Positions 28,003-37,160 of a stretch of 64,000 nt of DNA are shown in pieces. The notes beneath the pieces were generated by a model. It was not told where the DNA came from. It searched no databases and saw only the letters and a program-made list of their open reading frames with translations. The stretch's first letter is position 1. The number at the start of each line of letters is the position of its first letter. This DNA comes from Pseudomonadales bacterium (GTDB taxonomy: Bacteria; Pseudomonadota; Gammaproteobacteria; Pseudomonadales; Azotimanducaceae): the NCBI GenBank assembly GCA_041738285.1, contig JBGSQB010000090.1, forward strand, positions 9,980-73,979. Reading direction: 5' to 3'. A program made the translations under genes and the position numbers.

Positions 28003-30417
28003 TTGATTCCGTACCGATCATTGCTGACCGGATGTGTCGTTTTGACGCTCGCGTTCTGTCCTGCTGCGCGGGGCGCCCCTGAAGTGGCGCCCGCTGCCAT
28101 GGTGCTGACGCGCCTTTCCGTCGACTCGGCCGCCATGCGCATCGACGGCGAACTCGACGAGGCGGCGTGGCAGGGGCTGCCGGTTCACGATACCTACTAT
28201 GTGATCGAGCCCGACACCCTCGCCGACACGCCCTACCCGACGCTCGTCAAAGTGTTCTACACCGATCGTGGGCTGTATATCGGCGCGCAATTGACCCAGC
28301 CCAAGGAAACGTTGAACGCCCGCTTGTCCGGGCGTGACTACTTCGGCGTGCCCCGTGATGAATTCAGCGTCACCGTCGACACCTCGGGCGAAGGGCGCTA
28401 TGGCTACTGGTTTGGCGTTGCGCTTGGCGGATCGATCTCAGATGGCACGGTGCTGCCTGAGCGCAAGTATTTCAATGAGTGGGATGGTCCCTGGCGGGGC
28501 GCGAGTAGCGTGACGAAGACCGGCTGGTCCGCTGAAATCTTCATTCCGTGGGGCACGGTGGCGATGCCGAGTGCGGCGTCGATCCGACGGATGGGGTTGT
28601 ACACGTCGCGCAAGGTCGCTCACCTCGATCAGCGGTGGGGATATCCAGCGCTGCCCTTCACGCAGCCCAAGTTCATGTCGGTGCTCCAACCTGTGGAACT
28701 GGAAGGCATCGCGCCGCGGCAGCAGTACAACGTCTATCCGTTCACGTCGATGGTGTATGACGAGATCGACAACGCACCCAACTACAAAGTCGGCGCCGAT
28801 CTGTTCTGGCGCCCATCGACCAACGCTCAGCTCAATGCCACCGTCAATCCCGACTTCGGCACCGTTGAAAGCGACGATGTCATCGTCAATCTCTCGGCCA
28901 CGGAAACGTTCTTTCCCGAGAAGCGTCTATTCTTCGTCGAGGGACAGGAGATCTTCGTCGCGACGGGACGTGCGGAAACACGCAGTCGCAGCGTCGGCAA
29001 CCAGGGCGCGCCGTACACGATGGTAAACACCCGCCGCATGGGCGGTCCGCCCCGTGCACCGACGGTGCCGCCCGGTGCAGTGGTCGAGGAGCGCGACCTG
29101 TTGCAACCGACGGAGTTGCTGGGTGCGGCCAAGTTCACCGGTCAGATTGGCCAGGTTCGCTATGGGCTGCTCACGGCGTTCGAAGACGAGGTGAAGTTCG
29201 ACGCAACCGTCAACGGTGCGGACCTCAATCTGCACCAGGATGGCAGTGACTATGGCATCGCTCGCGTGCTCTACGAAGACAGCGCAGGCGGCGCCTACCG
29301 CGCGCTAGGCTTTCTCTCCACCGCGGTCTTGAATCCGACCGGTGATGCGTTGGCGCAGGGGGTCGACTGGCACTATCTGACGCCGACGGGAAAGCTCAAG
29401 ATCGAGGGCCAGAGTTTCACTTCCGACATCGAAGGGGAGGAGCGCGGCTACGGCGGCTTCCTCGACTTCGAATACACATTCAGGCAAGGCCTTTCTCAGC
29501 GCTTTGGAATCGAGATGTTCGACCGCAACATCGACATCAACGACCTCGGCTATCTGCAGCGCAACGATAGCTTCCGAGTCCGCACAGCCCACATTCGCAC
29601 GTCTTCGGACTTGTCATTCGCCCGCGACAACGAATTGGACATTCGCGGATTCGGTCAGGTCAATGGCGACGGTTACTTCACAGGTGGTGGCGTGTTCATC
29701 GCCGATCGACTCATTTTCGATGATCTGTCCAAGGTGTTCGTGCACGCGAATTTCTTCCCGAAGAGCTATGACGATCTCAACAGCTTCGGCAACGGCACCT
29801 ATCGCATCGAAGAGCATTTCGAGTTCGACGTGTTCTGGGAATCCGACTCCACCAAGCGCTTCTCCTACGGGTTTGGCGCCGGCTACCACGAGGAGTTCCT
29901 CGGCGCCGACAGCTACAGTGGTGAGGCATTCGTCAGCTGGCGACCCAATTCGCAATTCAACACGGAGCTCGAGGCGTTCTACTTCAAGCGCGGTGGTTGG
30001 CTGCTGCATCAGGAAGACGCCAACTTCACGACGTTCAAAGCTGATCAATGGCAGCCGAAGTTCAGCGTCGAGTATTTCATCAGCGCCAGGCAACAGCTCA
30101 AAGCCTCACTGCAGTGGGTCGGTATCAAGGCGCATGAAGATGAGTTCTATCTCATTCCTGCGCGGCCCGACGATCTGATCCGCACCACGAAGCCGCCGGG
30201 ACCCAGCGATGATTTCTCTGTTTCCAACATGAGCTTTCAGCTGCGCTATCGCTGGGAGATTGCGCCGCTGTCGGACATTTTCGTCGTCTATACGCGGCTC
30301 GCAGACGACAGTGCGCGGCTCACGAATCAGAACTTCGTCGACGTGTTCAGCGACGCCTACGACGCGCCACTCGTGAACCAGTTCGTAGTCAAGATTCGAT
30401 ATCGACTGGGGTCTTAG
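28003..30417 (+). CDS. CBM9-like/DUF5916 domain protein (secreted, probable outer-membrane beta-rich protein)
   Basis: Signal-like N-terminus, DGELDEAAWQ CBM9-like segment, then a long Gly/Tyr/Phe-rich beta region ending KIRYRLGS. TTG start at 28003 is uncertain. Confidence 0.7.
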   Translation: MIPYRSLLTGCVVLTLAFCPAARGAPEVAPAAMVLTRLSVDSAAMRIDGELDEAAWQGLPVHDTYYVIEPDTLADTPYPTLVKVFYTDRGLYIGAQLTQPKETLNARLSGRDYFGVPRDEFSVTVDTSGEGRYGYWFGVALGGSISDGTVLPERKYFNEWDGPWRGASSVTKTGWSAEIFIPWGTVAMPSAASIRRMGLYTSRKVAHLDQRWGYPALPFTQPKFMSVLQPVELEGIAPRQQYNVYPFTSMVYDEIDNAPNYKVGADLFWRPSTNAQLNATVNPDFGTVESDDVIVNLSATETFFPEKRLFFVEGQEIFVATGRAETRSRSVGNQGAPYTMVNTRRMGGPPRAPTVPPGAVVEERDLLQPTELLGAAKFTGQIGQVRYGLLTAFEDEVKFDATVNGADLNLHQDGSDYGIARVLYEDSAGGAYRALGFLSTAVLNPTGDALAQGVDWHYLTPTGKLKIEGQSFTSDIEGEERGYGGFLDFEYTFRQGLSQRFGIEMFDRNIDINDLGYLQRNDSFRVRTAHIRTSSDLSFARDNELDIRGFGQVNGDGYFTGGGVFIADRLIFDDLSKVFVHANFFPKSYDDLNSFGNGTYRIEEHFEFDVFWESDSTKRFSYGFGAGYHEEFLGADSYSGEAFVSWRPNSQFNTELEAFYFKRGGWLLHQEDANFTTFKADQWQPKFSVEYFISARQQLKASLQWVGIKAHEDEFYLIPARPDDLIRTTKPPGPSDDFSVSNMSFQLRYRWEIAPLSDIFVVYTRLADDSARLTNQNFVDVFSDAYDAPLVNQFVVKIRYRLGS

Positions 30418-30436
30418 AAAAAAATCTGCGTGGCGG

Positions 30437-30466
30437 TTGCCTAGGTCGGGAATCCGGGACTATAGT
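30437..30466 (+). promoter_or_regulatory. Candidate sigma70 promoter of a mini transcription unit
   Basis: TTGCCT (30437-30442), 18-nt spacer, TATAGT (30461-30466). Confidence 0.45.
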
Positions 30467-30502
30467 CGGCGCAACTTAGCGGAGAAAGAAAGGAGGTGAT
30501 CC

Positions 30503-30538
30503 ATGTCTAGCCGTTTCGCTCGGAAGGGCGCTCAGTAA
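30503..30538 (+). CDS. Candidate 11-codon small ORF MSSRFARKGAQ
   Basis: ATG 30503 immediately follows AAGGAGGTGATCC (30490-30502), a 13-nt perfect complement to the canonical 16S rRNA 3' tail. TAA at 30536. Confidence 0.35.
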   Translation: MSSRFARKGAQ

Positions 30539-30562
30539 GACTTGCGCCCATCGGGCAACGGG

Positions 30563-30592
30563 GGGGCCGGCACTGCCGGCCCCTTTCTTATT
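30563..30592 (+). terminator. Rho-independent terminator
   Basis: GGGGCCGGC-ACT-GCCGGCCCC followed by TTTCTTATT. Confidence 0.7.
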
Positions 30593-30612
30593 GGGGCCGC
30601 AAAATCTGCACC

Positions 30613-31770
30613 TCACTCACCCCGCAGTGCAACCGTAATCGGCAGCCGCGCCGCGCGCACCGCGGGGAACAGTCCCCCAACAACCCCTAGAGTGACCGCC
30701 CACAAGACGCCCGTCGTCACCAGTGCCGGGGTCACCGTGAAATCGAACGCCACTTGGGTGAACCCTGACAGGGTCGAGATCGTGTTGCCGTTGAACGCAA
30801 GGTAGGCGAGCGCGGCGCCGGCCAGCCCCCCCACCAGTGCCAGGGCAAGCGCCTCGAACATCACCGATACCACCACCGGTGCGCCGGAGAATCCGATCGC
30901 GCGCAGGGTCGCGATCTCGACCGTGCGACTGGATACCGCGCTGTACATCGTGTTGAGGGCAGCAAACACCGCGCCGATCGCCATGATGGTCGCAACGACA
31001 TAGCCAAAGCCCGTGATCAGCGCCGTGAGCTGCGCGGCCTGAGCACTGTAGTAGGCAGGCTCGGCGGTCAGCTCCAGATCCAGACGCGGGTCGGCATCGA
31101 TGCGCTGGGCGAGACTCGTAGCTGCATCCGGTGAGGTCAGCCGCACCCGCATCGAACTGACGGCGCCCGTGCGGCGAAACGCCGTCTGCGCCGTTGGCAG
31201 ATCGGTCCACAGTTCTGATTCGTTGACCCCGCCATCGGCGTCGAAGATGCCAACGATGGTCCACGTGCTGTCGCGAAACGCGACCTGCGCACCGAGATCG
31301 ATGCCTTCGAACTCGGCAACAGCGCCGACGCCCGCGATCAACTCGCTCTTGCCGGTGTCGAAGTTCCGTCCCGCGACGATGCGTACCTCCGGGCGGATCT
31401 CGAATGCGCTGGGCTCGACGCCGCGGATCACCAGGTTCGCGGGCGTGCCGGAGCTGCGCTTGGGAATATCGGCGATCGTGTACAGTTCGGCGCTCGATAG
31501 CGCGACCCCTTCCATGCTCGCAACGATCGCAATGTGTTCGTTGGCAACGCCACTGGAGAGTTCACCGCCAGAGCCGCCGCGCAGCACGATCGCCCGATCC
31601 TCGGCGCCGGTGTTTTCGAGCGCCGCGCGAAAACCGATCGCCATAGATAGCAGCGCAACCAGCACGCCGACAACACCGGCAATGCCAACCACGATCACAG
31701 ACGATGCGCCGAGCCGCGACGGCACGTTGCGCAGATTCATCAGCGTGATTTCCCACACCTGATGCCACAT
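30613..31770 (-). CDS. ABC transporter permease, FtsX/MacB-type
   Basis: N-terminal TM, large periplasmic domain and C-terminal FtsX 3-TM bundle (TLRAIGF...). Start trimmed to ATG 31770 from the 458-aa ORF. Confidence 0.85.
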   Translation of the reverse strand: MWHQVWEITLMNLRNVPSRLGASSVIVVGIAGVVGVLVALLSMAIGFRAALENTGAEDRAIVLRGGSGGELSSGVANEHIAIVASMEGVALSSAELYTIADIPKRSSGTPANLVIRGVEPSAFEIRPEVRIVAGRNFDTGKSELIAGVGAVAEFEGIDLGAQVAFRDSTWTIVGIFDADGGVNESELWTDLPTAQTAFRRTGAVSSMRVRLTSPDAATSLAQRIDADPRLDLELTAEPAYYSAQAAQLTALITGFGYVVATIMAIGAVFAALNTMYSAVSSRTVEIATLRAIGFSGAPVVVSVMFEALALALVGGLAGAALAYLAFNGNTISTLSGFTQVAFDFTVTPALVTTGVLWAVTLGVVGGLFPAVRAARLPITVALRGE

Positions 31771-31772
31771 AT

Positions 31773-32930
31773 TCAGTGCCCCCTCAGCGCATCGACGATG
31801 CTCAGTCGGCGCGCGCGCAGGGCCGGCAGCAGGCCCACTGCAATCCCAAGGACGACAGCAAGTCCGGTGCCGGTTGCGATGGTCGTGGTCGACAAGGCGA
31901 ATGTCGGCAGGATGCCCTTGATCGCGGTGGCGATGCCGCCCTCCAGGAATGCGGCGATACCGAGTCCGATCACGCCGCCGAGCACGCACAGCAGCACCGC
32001 TTCACCCAGCACCAGCGCCGCAACCTGGGCATCGGTGAAGCCGAGCGTCTTCATGACGGCCAGTTCCGGTATGCGTTCGCGCAGCGCCTGCGCCATGGTA
32101 TTGGCCGTCAACAACAGGATCGTGAAGAAGACCGCGCCGAGTATGCCGGTCATCATGAGACCGATGTCACCCACCTGATTGGCGAACTGCATTGCAAACT
32201 CCGCCTCCGTTGCGGTGCGCGTGGCATTTGGCGAGTTTTCGAACAGCGCATCGATCGCGCGGGCGATCTCGGCGGATTTTGCCGGATCCGCGACGCGGAC
32301 GATGAACCAGCCGACCCCGCCGTTACCGAACTGCCGCGCTTCGTCGAAGTAGTCGTACTGAAACAGGAACTCGGACGGTGGCACCTCCGCCCCGATGGCG
32401 TCGTAGCTGCCGACCAGTTCGAACTCCCACAAACGCGAGCCGTCCTTCTTTGGCCAGATGTCCGCTTCGATGGGAATGCGATCACCGATCTTCCAGCCGA
32501 ATTCCTCGAGCATCTGCGCTGGAGCGACGGCGCCGGTGCGTGTCGAGGCGAACGCATCGAGCTGCGCCGCGTCGATCGTGTACTCGGGATACAACGCGAA
32601 GTAACCACGCGGATCGACCGGGTACTTGGGGAAGAAGTTGCTGCGATCCTGATAGATGCCGCCGAACCAGTCGGCGTGGGTCACGGCCGCAACGCCATCC
32701 ACTCTTGCGATCTGATTGATGTGCGCCATGGGCACGGGGTCGATGATCGAGTACTTCGGCTGAACGATCAGCCGATCCACGCCGGCGATGTCGATGCCGA
32801 CGGTGAACGCATCCGCGACGCTGCGCAACAGACCGAACAACAGGAACGCGATGACGACGGAGAGCAACGTGAGCGTAGTGCGAGCCTTGCGCCGAAACAG
32901 GCTCGACCACATCAGCGCCAGGTGGCTCAT
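31773..32930 (-). CDS. ABC transporter permease, FtsX/MacB-type (second)
   Basis: Same architecture as its neighbour (MKTLGF...). ATGA overlap with the ATPase stop. Confidence 0.85.
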   Translation of the reverse strand: MSHLALMWSSLFRRKARTTLTLLSVVIAFLLFGLLRSVADAFTVGIDIAGVDRLIVQPKYSIIDPVPMAHINQIARVDGVAAVTHADWFGGIYQDRSNFFPKYPVDPRGYFALYPEYTIDAAQLDAFASTRTGAVAPAQMLEEFGWKIGDRIPIEADIWPKKDGSRLWEFELVGSYDAIGAEVPPSEFLFQYDYFDEARQFGNGGVGWFIVRVADPAKSAEIARAIDALFENSPNATRTATEAEFAMQFANQVGDIGLMMTGILGAVFFTILLLTANTMAQALRERIPELAVMKTLGFTDAQVAALVLGEAVLLCVLGGVIGLGIAAFLEGGIATAIKGILPTFALSTTTIATGTGLAVVLGIAVGLLPALRARRLSIVDALRGH

Positions 32931-33613
32931 GAGACAGTGGCAGCCACGAGTCCGCCCTTGTCGAGCTGTAGCGTGTGGCGGGCGTGCTGCGCCGCCTTGG
33001 GATCATGCGTCACCATGACGATCGTCTTGCCGTGGTCGCGGTTGAGCAATTCGAGCAGTTCGAGGATCTCATCCGCGGTCTGACGGTCGAGATCGCCAGT
33101 GGGTTCGTCGCACACCAGGAGATCCGGATCGGCAACGATCGCCCGTGCAATGGCCACCCGTTGTTGCTGACCACCGGACAGCTCACCGGGCTTGTGGGTC
33201 GAGCGGTCGGCAAGGCCGACGACTTCGAGGGCGGTAAGTGCGTTCGCTTTACGTTGCGCGCGTGACAGCTTGGTGAGCAGCAGCGGCAGTTCGACGTTGC
33301 GCGCGGCGGTGAGCACTGGGAGCAGGTTGTAGAACTGAAAGATGAATCCGATGTGCGCCGCGCGCCATTGGGCCAGCGCCTTGGACGAGAGCGTCTCCAG
33401 TTTCTGTCCGACCACCTCAACGCTGCCGGATGACGGCCGGTCGATGCCGCCGATCAGATTGAGCAGCGTTGTCTTGCCGGATCCGGAGGGTCCCATCAGC
33501 GCCACGAAGTCGCCTCGTTCGATGGTGAGGTCGATGTCGTCGAGTACCTTGAGCGATTCTTTGCCACGCACGTAAGTACGTGAAACTCCTTCGAGTTTGA
33601 CGATGGCTGTCAT
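32927..33613 (-). CDS. ABC transporter ATP-binding protein (MacB/LolD-like)
   Basis: Walker A GPSGSGKTT, signature LSGGQQQR, Walker B LLVCDEPTG. Confidence 0.92.
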   Translation of the reverse strand: MTAIVKLEGVSRTYVRGKESLKVLDDIDLTIERGDFVALMGPSGSGKTTLLNLIGGIDRPSSGSVEVVGQKLETLSSKALAQWRAAHIGFIFQFYNLLPVLTAARNVELPLLLTKLSRAQRKANALTALEVVGLADRSTHKPGELSGGQQQRVAIARAIVADPDLLVCDEPTGDLDRQTADEILELLELLNRDHGKTIVMVTHDPKAAQHARHTLQLDKGGLVAATVS

Positions 33614-34650
33614 GTTGGCTCCTTCGTTGTCTCGGTGCTCAAGAACGCAACCTTCACGCCCATGTCCGGCAACACTTTGTCGTTTCGTTCGAGGAAGCCG
33701 ATGCGCACCCGCACGGTTGCCTTGGTGCGATCGGCTGCGGGAATGATGGCGATCACTTCCGCGCGAATGGGCTCGTTTGGATATGCGTTGAGTGCGACCG
33801 CCACAGGTTGCTTTGCCGTGACGCGGTTGATGTAGGCCTCGTTCACGTCGACTTCGACTTCGAGTGAGTCCATGTCGACGATGGTGCAGATCCCAGTACG
33901 GGTGAATCCGCCGCCAGCGGAGATCGGGCTGATCATCTCACCCGGTTGCGCCGCCTTGGCGATGACGACGCCCGCGAACGGGGCGCGAATTTCCAGATCC
34001 GCAAGCTGCGTGCGTTGCAGCTCGACATTGCGACTCGCGACTTCGATCTCGCGCCGTGTGCGCTCGACCCGGGCCTCCAGACCCTCGACGATCAGCGCAT
34101 CGCGATCCAGATCCGCCTGCCGGGCGAGATCCCGCGTGGCAAGGCCTTGCGTGCGTTCGAGATCGAGACGCGCCTGTCGCAGCAGTACATCGATCTCGTC
34201 TGCGGCCGCGCGCGCAGCCGACAATTGCGATTCGACCAGCGCCAATTGCGCTGCCGGCACGGAGTCGTCCAGGTTGGCGAGCAGTTGCCCAATCTCGACG
34301 CGCATGCCTTCCTCGATGTACACCGCCACCACCTTGCCCGTCACCTTGGCGCTGACGGTCGCCTGCCTGCGCGCAACGACGTAACCAGTTGCGTCGAGCA
34401 CACTGGCGTCGCGAGGGGAGTTTCCAGTCGGCGGTGAAGGTGCCGTCACCTGCGGGGTTGACGCCGGGGTCGCCGACGCGGGTCCACCGGACTCACGACT
34501 GAAGTCCAGCATGAAAAAGGCAAATGCAATACCTGCGACGACGGCGAGTCCGGCGAGCCACTTCAACGGCCGTGGGCCGCTGACGACGGTTTCAGTGCGG
34601 TCGATTTTCAGCGCGTTGAGCAACGCGCGCTTGTCGTGACCTTCCTCCAT
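33610..34650 (-). CDS. Periplasmic adaptor (HlyD/MFP family) of the ABC efflux system
   Basis: N-terminal TM (WLAGLAVVAGIAFAFFML), coiled-coil hairpin and beta-barrel segments. Start trimmed to ATG 34650. Confidence 0.8.
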   Translation of the reverse strand: MEEGHDKRALLNALKIDRTETVVSGPRPLKWLAGLAVVAGIAFAFFMLDFSRESGGPASATPASTPQVTAPSPPTGNSPRDASVLDATGYVVARRQATVSAKVTGKVVAVYIEEGMRVEIGQLLANLDDSVPAAQLALVESQLSAARAAADEIDVLLRQARLDLERTQGLATRDLARQADLDRDALIVEGLEARVERTRREIEVASRNVELQRTQLADLEIRAPFAGVVIAKAAQPGEMISPISAGGGFTRTGICTIVDMDSLEVEVDVNEAYINRVTAKQPVAVALNAYPNEPIRAEVIAIIPAADRTKATVRVRIGFLERNDKVLPDMGVKVAFLSTETTKEPT

Positions 34651-34712
34651 GGAAGAAGAGTCTATACGACAGTGGTGCGGCAGGCCTGCCTGGTCTTGCG
34701 GATTCGGTGGGT

Positions 34713-35507
34713 TTAGAGAGTGTTTGCGACGAATCGAAGCAGGAGCGTGTTGAATGCGTCCGGCTGCTCCCTGAACGGGGAATGGCCAGCACCTTCGATG
34801 AGATGCACGCGCGCCTCCCACAGGTTGCCCCATGCGATTGTGTCGAGGTAGGCGTTGTTCACGAACGGTTCGTTCACGCCGGTGATGACCGCGGTTGGTA
34901 CCGGTGTACATTCCACCGTCGTGCGTTGATTGGGTCCGCCGGGCCGCAGCGCATTGCGGAACATCCACTCGCGGGCGCGGCCATCGGTGCGACGCACGGC
35001 ACGCTCGAGAAACGCTTCGTTCGTGCCGGCGGTCTCATGCGCGTACGCCAACACGTCCTCGCTCGTGAATTTGGCCTTGCTGGTGAGCGCCATGTATGGG
35101 TGTGGCAGAAATCCCTGCTCGATGTCTGCGGCGCTTACCGGCGGTGTGCCCGTCAGTACGATGCCCCGCAAACGTCTCGGACCCTCGAGCATCGCGATCG
35201 CCACGTGACCGCCCAAGGACCAGCCGACAACGACCGGCGCGTCGACCGACAGGTGGTCCATCAGCTGCGCCGCAGTGTCCGCATAGCCTTCGAACGAATA
35301 GGTGCGTTCGGGGTCGGCTGCATCGTCCGAGTCGCCATGACCGGGAAGATCGAACGCGATGAGCCGGAAGTGCGTGCGTAGATCGGAATCGAACTGATGC
35401 GAGAACACTTCCTTACACGCCGAGTTGCCGTGGATGAAGACAATGGCAGTACCGCTGCCACCGGTGTCGGTGACGGCGATCGCCCCGTGGCTGGTCGAGA
35501 TGTGCAC
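34713..35507 (-). CDS. Alpha/beta hydrolase
   Basis: IVFIHGNS and nucleophile elbow GWSLGGHVA. Confidence 0.8.
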   Translation of the reverse strand: MHISTSHGAIAVTDTGGSGTAIVFIHGNSACKEVFSHQFDSDLRTHFRLIAFDLPGHGDSDDAADPERTYSFEGYADTAAQLMDHLSVDAPVVVGWSLGGHVAIAMLEGPRRLRGIVLTGTPPVSAADIEQGFLPHPYMALTSKAKFTSEDVLAYAHETAGTNEAFLERAVRRTDGRAREWMFRNALRPGGPNQRTTVECTPVPTAVITGVNEPFVNNAYLDTIAWGNLWEARVHLIEGAGHSPFREQPDAFNTLLLRFVANTL

Positions 35508-35511
35508 CGGA

Positions 35512-36654
35512 TCAGCGTGCGAGAATCGTCACCCCAGACAGGCCCGGCGCACCGTAGACGTGGGTATATCCGGTCTTCAACTCGCGCGGTACCTGGCGCG
35601 CTCCACCTTCACCACGCAGTTGCACGCAGATCTCATGGACCTGGCGCAGGCCGGATGCGCCGATCGGCTCGCCATTGGCGAGACATCCGCCGTCGGTATT
35701 GACTGGCAGTTTGCCGGTAATCTCGGTGCGGCCCTCCTTGAGCCACTGCTCCTGCTCGCCGTCTTTGCAGAAGCCGTTTTCGGCCATGTGCATGATCTCG
35801 GCGCCGGACTCCGTATCCTGCAGCTGCGCCACATCGATATCGTCAGGCCCGATGCCCGCCATTTCGAACGCCGATCGCGATGCCTTGACCGTGGGCGGCT
35901 CACCGCGCACGAGCGCCTGTGACTGGCTGAACACCTCGAAGGAACCGAACGGCCGCGTCTTCACGGCAACGGCCTTCAAGTACACCGGCTTGCGCGTGAA
36001 CTGTCTCGCCTTGTCGGCGCGACACAGGATCATGGCGCAGCCACCTTCGGCGGGTGAGCAGAACATGTACTTGCGCAGCGGATCGCAGACCATTTGCGAG
36101 GTAGCAATTTCGTCGTAGGAAAGCGGCGTCTTGCGCCATGCATTGGGGTTGAGCGCTCCGTTCTTGTAGTTCTTTTCCGCGACGCGCACCAGCGCATCTT
36201 CGGTAATGCCGAAGTCGTGCATGTAGCGCTGAATCTTCATGCCGAAGAACTGCGGCGTGAGCGCAAGTCCGATGTCGCCGTACCACTTGCCGAGGCCGCT
36301 GCCTTCTGGATTGACCGTGAATGCGCCACGTGGGTGCTTGTCGAATCCCACTGCCATGCCGATATCGAACATGCCCGATTTGATCGCCATGTAAGCCGAC
36401 TGCAGTGCGCTGCCACCGGTTGCACAGCCGTTGGCGACATTGATGAATTGAAGCCCGGTGAGTCCGAGCTTCGACACCATGGTGTCGGCTGCACCGGCGG
36501 CGGCGCTGCCGCCATAGGCAAAGTTCAGATCCGACCACTCGACGCCCGCGTCTTTGAGTGCAGCGCGCGCGGCGTGGACGCCTTGATCCAGACCCGAGAC
36601 GCCGTCGGTGCGACCAAACGGGTGAATGCCAATGCCGATGATTGCTACGTCCAC
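35512..36654 (-). CDS. Thiolase-like protein (SCP-x/DUF35-partner type)
   Basis: Thiolase fold with NVANGCATGG and C-terminal NTDGGCLANGEPIGASG. GTG 36654 was chosen because it avoids overlap with the DUF35 gene; ATG 36699 is the alternative. Confidence 0.85.
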   Translation of the reverse strand: MDVAIIGIGIHPFGRTDGVSGLDQGVHAARAALKDAGVEWSDLNFAYGGSAAAGAADTMVSKLGLTGLQFINVANGCATGGSALQSAYMAIKSGMFDIGMAVGFDKHPRGAFTVNPEGSGLGKWYGDIGLALTPQFFGMKIQRYMHDFGITEDALVRVAEKNYKNGALNPNAWRKTPLSYDEIATSQMVCDPLRKYMFCSPAEGGCAMILCRADKARQFTRKPVYLKAVAVKTRPFGSFEVFSQSQALVRGEPPTVKASRSAFEMAGIGPDDIDVAQLQDTESGAEIMHMAENGFCKDGEQEQWLKEGRTEITGKLPVNTDGGCLANGEPIGASGLRQVHEICVQLRGEGGARQVPRELKTGYTHVYGAPGLSGVTILAR

Positions 36655-36664
36655 TGATGCCCCC

Positions 36665-37099
36665 CTAGGCTGCGGGTTTGAAAAAGAACGCCATGACATC
36701 GTTGCCGTTGGCGTCCCGGTAGTACTTGTCGATCACCAGTTCCATCTCCATGCCGATGCGCAGGCTGGGTAGATCGTCGCATTGGATGCGCGTTTCCACG
36801 CGCGTCTCGCCCGGCAGTTCCACATAACCCACCGCGAACGGCTTGAATGTCTCTGCAGTCTCCGGACCGTTGTACGGCGGACGATTCGGCAGGAAGCTCT
36901 GCACGGTCCACGTCCACAGCGTGCCCCGCCGCGCCATTTCGATCACCTCGACGTTCTCGGCGCAACACGCGGGACAGCTCTTCTGCGCGGGAAACATCAC
37001 CACGCCGCATTCGCCGCATTTGCTACCGAGCAGACGCGGGTCATTCGAGGGCCAACTGAAAAGGCCTTCAGCGATGGGAATCTGTTTGAGTGCTGACAT
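36665..37099 (-). CDS. DUF35 OB-fold/zinc-ribbon acyl-CoA-associated protein
   Basis: Zn-ribbon CGECGVVMFPAQKSCPACC followed by an OB-fold segment. Classic partner of the thiolase above. Confidence 0.85.
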   Translation of the reverse strand: MSALKQIPIAEGLFSWPSNDPRLLGSKCGECGVVMFPAQKSCPACCAENVEVIEMARRGTLWTWTVQSFLPNRPPYNGPETAETFKPFAVGYVELPGETRVETRIQCDDLPSLRIGMEMELVIDKYYRDANGNDVMAFFFKPAA

Positions 37100-37160
37100 G
37101 GGTGTGCGTAACGGGCCACTGCGAAGCGGCCTTGGAGTACATCACAAAACAGTCAGGCTG

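Larger units (their letters stand above)
30473..30592 (+). ncRNA. Candidate ~120-nt independent small transcript (sORF mRNA and/or sRNA)
   Basis: Bounded by the promoter-like motif and an intrinsic terminator. Contains the purine tract GGAGAAAGAAAGGAGG. The ends are inferred, not measured. Confidence 0.3.

Noticed and set aside
30542-30805. 87-aa + strand ORF starting inside the terminator region after the mini-gene
   Set aside because: It runs antisense through the 3' end of the FtsX permease gene, has no SD, and gives a low-complexity Ala/Pro/Thr translation.
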